Source: Eukaryota sp. TZLM1-RC (taxonomy: Eukaryota; Protista; Metamonada: BaSk clade). From it: a stretch of DNA of 64,000 nucleotides. Shown here piece after piece: positions 35,482 to 44,919 of the stretch (position 1 is the first letter of the stretch; every line of letters starts with the position of its first letter). Location: contig JAUPSS010000013.1 of the NCBI GenBank assembly GCA_040285825.1, positions 248,001-312,000 on the forward strand, given 5' to 3'. A model generated the notes under the pieces. The model was not told the origin of the DNA, made no database searches, and was given only the letters and a program-made list of their open reading frames with translations. The position numbers and the translations under genes are program-made.

Positions 35482-35660
35482 TGCTTGTCTTTTAAGATGA
35501 AGAGCGCCGAATTTGATTGAATTCTATCGTACTGTCGATTTCCCTTATCAAGCATTCCCCTATGAAATTCACTCCTGTTTTCAACTTTCTTAGTGTCTAC
35601 TCACAGGCTGCAAGAGACATGTAGCATCATTTGACAAAGACAATCATAATCTTCATCAAT

Positions 35661-35770
35661 GGGCTACCTCACTTAAATACAGCTAATGCTTTCACAGAAC
35701 AAAGCCTCGCGACTTGATGTATCTAAGTGGATCTATCAAATGCTACTAAGACATTTGTAGATCGGTCTCA
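35661..35770 (-). ncRNA. Candidate Fanzor omegaRNA scaffold
   Basis: Two abutting stems about 100 nt 3' of the Fanzor-like stop codon: hairpin 35730-35763 and an 11-bp stem 35719-35729/35670-35680 enclosing a gcttt/aaagc hairpin. Boundaries approximate. Confidence 0.5.
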
Positions 35771-35859
35771 AAAATTTTTCAAATAAACTAAAATCAAAAA
35801 CTCAAACTAAAATATCAGTGGTTCCAAAGTTTTTGTTTCTGTATATTCAGATTCCCTTT

Positions 35860-36503
35860 TCATCTCCTCAACAAAGCATCTGGGCAAATGTATCTTTCCG
35901 GCCACAATTCCGCTTTCTTCTTAATTTGAATACTTTTTGCAGCGGCAGTATCTCTGCCATATACTATTTGACACTCAGAACAAATACGCATCTTCCATGA
36001 GCCTGCTTGAATATTCTTGGCCATGCAACAACTTGACAGTTTGCTTGTATTAAATTCACTGGTTGACAAGTGCTTCACGTCTTTTGATAACACAACCATT
36101 TTCTGAAAGCCCTTGCTGATCCATATCAATTGATTTTTCGGCAATGAGAAGGGAAATTAGCAGAACCCACATCAAGATAGAGTTTATCAGGATGTCCAGC
36201 CAGCCTTTGAAATTTGTTGAGAGTCTCTCTGAACCGTCTCTCATTTCGTCTTCGGTTATCAAATTTAATTATTTTGATGCCGTAGGTTGGAAAAGTGGGT
36301 TAAGATAAAGCGAATGAGGAAAAGTTGATTTATTTTCTATTCATAACATATAAGCCCTACGGCGCCAACAATTTTCCATTTCTGGCGATTACTTTCCAAA
36401 TACACTTTCGTCCTGACCAAATTGCAATGGCTCAAATATTGGTTGAAATTTTGAACGGAATATTGGTTGGGAGAGTGTTTACTGGGTGAAGGTTTTGTCA
36501 TGT
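35860..36503 (-). pseudogene. Fanzor1-like (eukaryotic TnpB homolog) C-terminal portion, interrupted by a solo LTR
   Basis: After LTR removal: ...NFNQYL...KWKIIKFDNRRRNERRFRETLNKFQRLAGHPDKLYLDVGSANF...TSEFNTSKLSSCC...RICSECQIVYGRDTAAAKSI...CPDALLRR*. RuvC-II Glu, zinc finger and RuvC-III Asp are present; one TGA (36126-36128) and one frameshift (about 36083). Confidence 0.78.
36275..36370 (-). mobile_element. Solo LTR, 96 bp, 4-bp TSD attt
   Basis: TG...CA ends; the right-hand 60 bp are nearly identical to the LTRs at 59940-60031 and 61283-61374; attt at 36271-36274 and 36371-36374. Confidence 0.85.
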
Positions 36504-37020
36504 TGTTGCCGTTAGGTATTATGCTAGCTGTGTATATATGGGTTAGTTAAGGCGGGTTAAGATAAAGTTAATTTTATTTAATGTTATTCTATATACTTAG
36601 GTACTCACTAGTGAGGTACCTACACTACCTTCTCCCGTTTTCTTACTTAAAATTATGTATAATTGTTCTTCCGCTTCCTCTGCGGATAACGCTTTTGCTG
36701 AGGCACGGGGAGAGCCCGAGCTGCGTTGTTGGATTTAATAGATTTACGTTTTCTTTTATTTGGTTTCTTGTTAAATCGTTGATACGCTTCTGAATATCTG
36801 ATAGAATGGAGTGGTTCCTCGGTAGTATCTCCACCAAACCATCTTACAGTACAGAAGGGTCCTTGAGCAGTATTATACTCGTCAAGGATTTCCTCGGTGA
36901 CATGTTTACCTGAATCTGTGGCTGCGATGGCCCTAAGTAGATCGACGTCGTTAGGGTCGTCAGCGTTGTAAACTTTACAGTCCCTCTTAGATATTTTAGT
37001 TTGTTCACCAAAGTGAAAGT
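36504..37020 (-). mobile_element. 3' relic of a chromodomain-bearing Ty3/gypsy LTR retrotransposon (integrase tail, polypurine tract, 3' LTR 36504-36624)
   Basis: Unlisted frame HVTEEILDEYNTAQGPFCTVRWFGGDTTEEPLHSI is chromodomain-like; purine tract gggagaaggtag abuts tgtagg...ggcaaca, whose end matches the other LTRs. Confidence 0.72.
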
Positions 37021-37447
37021 GATTTTGGCTCTTCTGACGAGCATTTTACAACGTTTGTGAGTGTATCCCATTTTCACAAGGGCTCTGTCAATGCAGAATT
37101 TTGAGAATTCTATCATAAATTTCTCCAAAAGAAGAAATTTCCAACTAGCCCAACTCATAATGATAAGAGATGGTAGCCTCAATCAGCAATTGCTTGTGAT
37201 AAAATGTTACTCATTATACTGCAGTTAATTTATTGTTTGACTTCACAATCAGAAGCAATGCAGACTTTTGAAAAGTTGAAGCATTAAAAGAAAAGATAGG
37301 AAAAGTAAATAAATTTATTAAAATATGACGAAATTGGAAACCATTGGTTTCATTCATAATTGTTGACTTTGCAAATATGAGATAATCGAAAAATGCAAAA
37401 AAATTAAATTTATAGTTCAATTCAAACCACCATTACAAAAAAATACT

Positions 37448-38437
37448 TTAAAATTGAGATTCCTGCTCCTTAATTGGGGGATTGACTACATCTGCATCAG
37501 GACAATACCTTCCAATAAAAGGCGTTTTGAAGCTGGAAATATCCAAATTTTCAGGTCCCACTGGGTAAAATTTGTGAAACTTGGCACCCTTGAGTGCCTC
37601 CTTCTCTGCTTCAGATTTGGCATCCCATATGTCGTTCTTCTTTTTCTTTGCACTTTCTTGCTTTTCCTTGGCTTCAGCAACAGTGGTTTGGATAGCCGAG
37701 CGTATTTTGTCCTTTAATTCACCAATAACAGCCTGGTCTGTCTCGTCACTAAAATTATCTTCAATTGTTTCTTCAATAATTTCATTAATATCATCATGCT
37801 TCCAATCAAAAGCGACATCAAACCCTTGATCATCATGGCTCACCTCGACAAAAACAGACGTCACCTCCTCTTCAGCCTTGGTTCGACCTGGTATTTGTAT
37901 GAAGGGCAGAGCGTATGTGTACTTTGTCTTCTTATCAACGGGGACACGGGAGAGAGCGGCTCTACGCTGAGTACACTTCAGTATCTGAATGCGGTTCTTG
38001 CGCATTGCTTTGTTGTGGGTTTCATAGTCTGTTTCCATGTAGGGAACCCAGTCTACCTTGAGCTTCCTCATGTGAGCTAGCTCTTCGTCAACGCTTTGTA
38101 TGGAGGAAAAGACAACGTACTGGGTGGGTGGATAAGCACATTCAACAGCGATTAGGGTCGGAATCATGACCATATCATCATCTACCATTTGGGGTTCGGT
38201 CTGGCCAAAAATGTAGACGCGAGGGACGTCTTTAAGACTTCCTTCGGTGAGAGCTTGTTCAAGGTTGGAAAAGTCCCAATCGATTTCAAAAATGCGATCG
38301 TAATTCTCCCATTCCTAAAGTAAGATGGGTTAAAGTAAAAGACAAACAGTTCCCACATAGTAAATGTCACGCCATCCTTCCCATTTGTTAAGTTCTTCTT
38401 CCCAAGTGCGACGAGGACGTTTCACCTTGGGTGTCAT
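37448..38437 (-). CDS. HEAT INTOLERANT 4 (HIT4)-like protein; intron 38347-38315
   Basis: Spliced product YVGT|EWENYDRIFEIDWDFSNLEQAL...VYIFGQTEPQ...LKCTQRRAAL...FHKFYPV...KTPFIGRY; 33-nt GT-AG intron. Confidence 0.85.
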
Positions 38438-38970
38438 GGATTGAGAAAGTTTAGATTTAATAGCAGGTGTACTGAGTTTAGAGACTTTCTTTGTTTGTGG
38501 CATAGAAGTATGTGTGGTAGTAGCGGAAGCAGTGATTATCTACAATTTTCATTTCTCTTCACAAACATCATAACCGTTTCATTTTGAGTAATATTTGAAG
38601 CATACTGGTGTCATGAATAAATTCCTTGCAAGTCATCACTTCCGATTTTTAGACCATTTGCATCTTGTTATGTATTTCGAACTTAGGCAGGTATTTAATG
38701 ATGTTGTATCGTGGCTTTTGTTTTCTTCAATGCAGAAGCAGTGCTTTAAGTTGTTCTTGAGTGGATTAAAAATCACATAATAAGGGTGATTGTAACATGC
38801 ACCAACAATCATTGTGCCGGATGTATTTTTCTCCACAGGAAACATTATTTCATTACAGCTTGAGCTGTAAAGCATTAGATAAAAACTACACTGATTTTAA
38901 GAAGCCTATAAAATTGAGAAATTGATAATTGAGAAATCCAACTACCCTTTGTTCAAATCTTATCAGCATC

Positions 38971-39435
38971 ATGTCTTCTCCTTTCAATCTTTTTGCGGAA
39001 GATATGCGGTCTACTGTTATGGAAGAGATGGGTAATCCTAATGAATCGATTCTCGAACGTGAAGTTGAACGACGATGGAATTCCTTGTCTCAGGCAGAAA
39101 AAAACGATTATGAGGAACAATACAATAACAGCGTTTCTAAATCTACGTCATCTCAAAGCATACCACCCAAGGCCAAACGAGCCTCTAAAAAATCCAAAAC
39201 CAAGACAGAAATCACTCCAAAAAAGCCCTTAACTCCTTGGATTTACTTCACAATGGAGACGCGGCCTATCATTCACAACGAGATGCCAGAGCTCAACAAC
39301 AACGACATTCTTCCTGAAATTTCTCTCCGTTGGAAGGCCATGACGGAAGAAGAAAAGCTTCCCTATGTGGAAAAAGCCTTAAAAGACAAGGAAAGATTTG
39401 CCGAGGAAACCAAATACTATGAAATGGGACCCTAG
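38971..39435 (+). CDS. HMG-box protein (two boxes)
   Basis: SPFNLFAEDMR...WNSLSQAEKNDY and PKKPLTPWIYF...RWKAMTEEEKLPY...DKERF. Confidence 0.9.
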   Translation: MSSPFNLFAEDMRSTVMEEMGNPNESILEREVERRWNSLSQAEKNDYEEQYNNSVSKSTSSQSIPPKAKRASKKSKTKTEITPKKPLTPWIYFTMETRPIIHNEMPELNNNDILPEISLRWKAMTEEEKLPYVEKALKDKERFAEETKYYEMGP

Positions 39436-40745
39436 TTTTGTGTATATTTATTTTTAATTAGCTTATTTTGGTATTGTATTTGTAGAACTTAATAGAATAT
39501 ATGATATTTATTGAGGTTTCTTTTTATTGCTCCCAAAAAATTTGATCATTTCAGTTTTCCATCTTTAAATGGTTGCCAAGCATATTTATCTCCTCTAAGT
39601 GTAACCAAGAACATACATCAAACAAATTTCACTGTTTGTTCTCAAGAATATTTCATACTTGTTAAAGGAAATCCAGATTAATAAATTGATCTTGATTAAT
39701 ATAGTATAATTTGTTATCAAATGATTTATTCAAAAGTCCCAAATAGCTATCTCTAGAAATATCAGAAATAATAAAAATACATGAACTTTTTTCGATTCAT
39801 ATTATGTCTTTTTCATTTTCCAATTTTCACAAATACAACACAAACATGTCAGTGTTTGTTGTGGTGAAAGTAAATGTTCGTATACCAGCGTGTAATAACA
39901 ATTCTGTTTTTTGTATCACTAGCAACAAGGTTTGAAGCTAATGGTTCCTTCAGAACTTTGCTTTTAACAAACATGATATGGTTGATAAAGCGATGTTTGA
40001 TTTAGATTTATTTATTCAAATGCAAGTCAATAAATTTGCAACGAAATTTTACATTATACTCGAACTATTACTGATTCAAATATAGAAATTTGAACAAATT
40101 GAGTTGATGGAAATATGTTTATCGTGTCCATCAAGAGATGCAGACACTCAAAAGCATCTACAATGATGTAAAATTTTCAATCATAACACTTTATTCTAAG
40201 ACAACACAAACAGCTTCTGTTGAATTCAGCCTAGAATGATATTTAGGAAACAATATTTAAAACGCTGCAATTACAATTGCTTCATCAAAATCGGTTTTTT
40301 CCTTTCAGTTACCATGAAAAGGTCCTTGATATGAGCCCAAGAACCAAACCAATTGTTGATATATATTAATAGTTCTTAGCCATTGTATTGATTTTATTTA
40401 TTTTAGCGCTCAAGTCATGCTTTAACACCATAAAATCAACACTCCCTAATTCATCAAAGACATTCAGTGAGATCCTATATTGTTTTTGCTGCTCTTTTTG
40501 TTACTTTTTTGTTATTCCATCGCAACATGCTTTAATAACAAAGAGAAAAACTGAAAGCTGAGTCGTCTCTGTTTCTGCATTTTTTTTACAAATTTCAATG
40601 TATTTGTGCATATTATTTATTTATTCTTTATAAACTTCCAAAATATTCTTTACAATTTTTGGATTTTGTTCAACTTCCACCAAAACTACCCATCCAAAAA
40701 TACTTTATAAATCACAAAAAAACTGTACAAAAACGGTAGAACCTA

Positions 40746-42554
40746 CTAATAATCATAATCATCATCATTGCTATCACTTTCCGAAGTTTCACCACTGTAA
40801 CCTGTATTAATTTCGTTCATTCTTGCTGAATTCAAACACCTTATATTCGAATCAACTTTAAAAATAGCTTCACTTCCATTTGCCTCTATCAGAGCTGAAA
40901 CTTCAATGAGACCATCTGCGGTTACCCTGATTGTTTCATTGATTTTAGCTTGGCCTGCTGGCAATGGTGGGATATTGGAAACAGTGTACTGGCCGACTGA
41001 GTTACAAAATTGACATTCTTTTTGGGAATGATAATCAGCATTGGTTTCACACTCAACGAGGTTCAAAACCACTTGAAACTGGTTGTCTTCTTTGGTTTTG
41101 AATTTTTGGCCAGCTTTGCATGGTAACTCAGTACCTCTGTTTAGTAGAAATTTGACACCGTCTTTATGCCGAATGGCCAAAGAGCGATTTAAAACATCTT
41201 TCAACACCAACTCTTTTACTTCACCTCCCTGGGATGTCAAATGCGCAAAGTAAGCAGCACCCTGTGCAACGGCCTGATCCTTGTTGATAGATTCACATGG
41301 AGCTTTATGGAAAATTTCCTGAATGATTTCATGAATTTTTGGAATTCTGGTCGAGCCTCCAACTAGTAGAATTATGTCAATTTCTTCAGGAGTCAAATTG
41401 ACCAACCCTAATGTAGAATGAATGGTTCTCCTACACCTATCAAATATCTCAGCCGAGCATTCTTCCAACATTTCCCGAGTGATGGTCACACGCACGGGGT
41501 TATCTTCAGACAAGAACACCCTTTGAGAAACAAAGTCTACATGGTTTAATTCGGATAACTGATGCTTCACCTCTACCAATTCCCTTTTCAGCTTTAGCCT
41601 ATTCTGTTTTTTCTTTTTTGTTACTTTTTCCTGATTTAGGCTTAAATTATTTAAAATTGGTGCTTCGACTCTATCAAAACACTCAATTACATTATAAACA
41701 TCATCCCCATGCTCCTCGATACATTCTCCAATGACCATATCTACCAATGCGTTATCAATATCCATTCCTCCAGTTCTAGCATCACCACCAACTGCCAGCA
41801 CTTTAACAACAGGGCATGACGTGTCATCATCATGGTACAGATGTGCAATTGTACAATCAAGCGTCCCTCCGCCAAGGTCAAATACCAATATTTTCTTATT
41901 ATTCACGCTTGGATGAATAAATTTATAAGAAAGTATAGCAGCTGTTGGCTCATTAACTAGTCTCACAGACTGGATTCCTGCCAGACTTGCTGCATTTCTT
42001 GTATTACGACGCTGAGTTTCGTTGAAGTTGTAGGGCACTGTAATGACGGCGCCGCTTACCTTGGCATTGAACCTTACTTCAGCAGTGTGTTTCAGCTTCT
42101 TTAAAACTTCGGCACTAATCTGCTCAGGACAAAAGGTAGTGGGAGTGGGGTTAGTGTTGGGGTTGGGAAGATTGACTTGGACAAGGGGAGAGTCCTGGTA
42201 TGGGTCCTTGACAATCATGAATGGCCATCGTTTGAGGTCTTCTTGCACAGAACTATCACTATATTTCTTTCCAATGATGCGTTTAATCTCATACACAGTG
42301 TTTGCCGGGTCTTGAGCAAGCTGGTTTTCAGCAGATTCACCAACCAAGGTGGAAAAAGTAGGAGACTTCTTACTGGCCTTCCAAGATACAATAGAGGGTG
42401 TAAGATGCTTGCCTGTACTAGGGTCTTGGGCCACTTGTAGTTCATCAGGGAGTTGAGCAGTGTGGGTGGCTGATTGATTAAAACTATGGTATCGGGAAGC
42501 ACATGAGTAAGTGGTGCCAAGATCAATACCAATGGTTATATCTTCATTGTCCAT
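40746..42554 (-). CDS. Divergent Hsp70-family protein lacking the helical lid and EEVD
   Basis: GIDLGTTYS, LVNEPTAA, VFDLGGGTLD, LLVGGSTRIPKI, linker LVLKDV and SBD-beta, then an early acidic C-terminus. Confidence 0.88.
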   Translation of the reverse strand: MDNEDITIGIDLGTTYSCASRYHSFNQSATHTAQLPDELQVAQDPSTGKHLTPSIVSWKASKKSPTFSTLVGESAENQLAQDPANTVYEIKRIIGKKYSDSSVQEDLKRWPFMIVKDPYQDSPLVQVNLPNPNTNPTPTTFCPEQISAEVLKKLKHTAEVRFNAKVSGAVITVPYNFNETQRRNTRNAASLAGIQSVRLVNEPTAAILSYKFIHPSVNNKKILVFDLGGGTLDCTIAHLYHDDDTSCPVVKVLAVGGDARTGGMDIDNALVDMVIGECIEEHGDDVYNVIECFDRVEAPILNNLSLNQEKVTKKKKQNRLKLKRELVEVKHQLSELNHVDFVSQRVFLSEDNPVRVTITREMLEECSAEIFDRCRRTIHSTLGLVNLTPEEIDIILLVGGSTRIPKIHEIIQEIFHKAPCESINKDQAVAQGAAYFAHLTSQGGEVKELVLKDVLNRSLAIRHKDGVKFLLNRGTELPCKAGQKFKTKEDNQFQVVLNLVECETNADYHSQKECQFCNSVGQYTVSNIPPLPAGQAKINETIRVTADGLIEVSALIEANGSEAIFKVDSNIRCLNSARMNEINTGYSGETSESDSNDDDYDY

Positions 42555-42559
42555 TCTTG

Positions 42560-43070
42560 CTTCACTAAGGTAGTTTAAAATTTTACTATTGAATGGACAT
42601 GATTCAATTTTCAATAATTTTGTTAACCACTTACTTCCTTTCCTAGATCATTATGATGTTTACTGCGATTTACCATATCACACAAGTCATTATGTAAAGT
42701 TTCCTTTGGTTGTGACTGAGTTAAGACCTGTTATAGTTCTTATCTCCAACAATACAAAACCAAGAAGGAAGTCAGTCTTGATTTATGAATAAACATCACC
42801 GATAGAGCAATATTCAGGTAGTTGATTTGCATTAAAAAGTAAGAGTCTTGATCGATGTTGTCAAATTTAGCTTTTTTGGTTGAATCATTTCCTTTTGAAG
42901 TTTCAACAAGAAAAATAGTTGCCAATAGCTGCATTTCATTGATTAAAAGATTACTCATTCCAAAGTCTAAAATGAGAACCTTCTGTGAAGAATTAGCATT
43001 TCAAGCTCTCGATTGCTGGCACCGCAGCTTTTCTGCTAGGAATCTCGTATATTGTTATCTGATGGAGTAG
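42560..43070 (+). mobile_element. RLE relic of a different non-LTR clade (HERO/NeSL-like)
   Basis: HDSI...VYCDLP...TELRPVIVLI...VLIYE*TSP...FPFEVSTRKIVANS, with stops and frameshifts. Confidence 0.6.
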
Positions 43071-43236
43071 AATCATAGAAACACACCATGGGTGGTGTTA
43101 ATAGTGTTGCATGCTCAGTATTTTACATTGATTGTTAATAGGAAAAAATTGTTTTCTTTTAATAATAAATGTCCTGTATATATGGACTTGACACGTGTTC
43201 CTTGATTGGAACATGTATATCGTGTAAAACAACACG

Positions 43237-43538
43237 ATATTATATTATATTATATTATATTATATTATATTATATTATATTATATTATATTATATTATAT
43301 TATATTATATTATATTATATTATATTATATTATATTATATTATATTATATTATATTATATTATATTATATTATATTATATTATATTATATTATATTATAT
43401 TATATTATATTATATTATATTATATTATATTATATTATATTATATTATATTATATTATATTATATTATATTATATTATATTATATTATATTATATTATAT
43501 TATATTATATTATATTATATTATATTATATTATATTAT
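43237..43538. repeat. Perfect (ATATT)60 microsatellite
   Basis: 300 nt of uninterrupted pentamer, 43237-43536. Confidence 0.98.
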
Positions 43539-44159
43539 TTAATTTTACCTCCATAGAAAATCCAATTACCGCTCATTGCAAACACACTCATACTGATCAT
43601 CACTTTTTCAGACAGAAATTGTGTCAGATATTGAGTAGAGACACCACATAAACTCAAAATTCTTGATAACAAATTGAATAACTTTTGTGTCATAAATGTT
43701 TGGAAAAAATACCATTTTGTTTCTTTTTCTGCATAACTTGTTTTTTTTGCAGATTTAAAACAGCCTTGGTCATCACAAAATGAGTTTTGATTGTTACCTT
43801 TGATGGTTTTTGATGAAAAAAGTCTCATAAATCTGGACGAATATTTTCTAAACCTGGTATGATTGTTTGGTTTTTATTCAATCTTTTGGAAAAAGTCCTC
43901 ATAACTAGACTGAGAAAATGATCATCAAAATTAGATACAGCTCTTATTGATGAAAGCATGTGGTCGTTCAGTTCACAATTTATGTGAAAAACAGAGCTTC
44001 TTGTAATTTTGAAGAGAACTTACATAAGTATTCATTCTCAAATATGATGGAGTTAATAATGGTTTAGAATGGCAGTTCTAATGGTGAATTTGAAATCGCT
44101 TATTGCAAGTCTCTTCGTTTCGAAATAAACTAGTGGCAACTGATGAAAATAAAAGAGGT

Positions 44160-44330
44160 GCATGAAAGTAACGGATGCAATTCGTCATCTAGGTTCTTTT
44201 TTAGCCAATATTCATGAAATCTCCAAACAATTATTTGAAAAAATGAATATCAACTCCGAAACAAATTGACCAAATGATGAAAATGGATGTACAGAAACCA
44301 TATTAAATTTACTATAATTAGGGATATGAA
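44160..44330 (+). mobile_element. CRE-like family C RT fragment
   Basis: DAIRHLGSFLAN..EISKQLFEK...HIKFTII matches the 24286-26313 ORF. Confidence 0.7.
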
Positions 44331-44919
44331 TTCGCTATCGGGACATGAATCCGACACCTTAACCAACTCAGTCACGCTTGCCGCGAAAAAAAATGCAGAA
44401 TGTCTGATGTAGCTGTTTCCAAACTGCTGGTTGCAAAACAAAACTCTTCCAATTCATTGATTAAGTAGTGCTGAGTAGCGCGAATCTCATTGCTTGCATT
44501 GTTATCCTTTTCTGATGAACAATCGCGCTTGTTTGAACCACACATTATTACTGTGGGTTATTGTTGTCTTAAATTCAGCAATAAGAAGATGAATAGTGTT
44601 ATCCAATTCCTCCTATGTTAAATGTTACATTTTCAATGATTTCTCCTCACTGGTGGAGATGTCTCAATTACTTATTTTTGACTGTCATGTAGTTTTCCAA
44701 TATAGATCCAGAAGTGCAAACAACTGATTGTATATTGTAAAAATAGACTTTGCGCCATGATCGACGTACTCAACTAATTCCTCCCCACTAAAATAGGACC
44801 ATAAACAAAATTTAATAAAACTTTAATAAATTTTAAAGCAACAATTGCCACTCACAAGTTCTTGAATTTCAACAAAAATTGATCTAAAACTAAAAAATTT
44901 ATAATCAACTAACACTAAA

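Noticed and set aside
35650-35662. 13-nt identity (ccattgatgaaga) between the putative Fanzor guide region and 28795-28807, spanning the RING-ClpS copy 2 start codon
   Set aside because: Short, found post hoc, scaffold boundary unknown and the local nuclease is dead; likely chance.
43169-43651. ORFs made of YYIIL repeats
   Set aside because: Translation artefacts of the (ATATT)n microsatellite.
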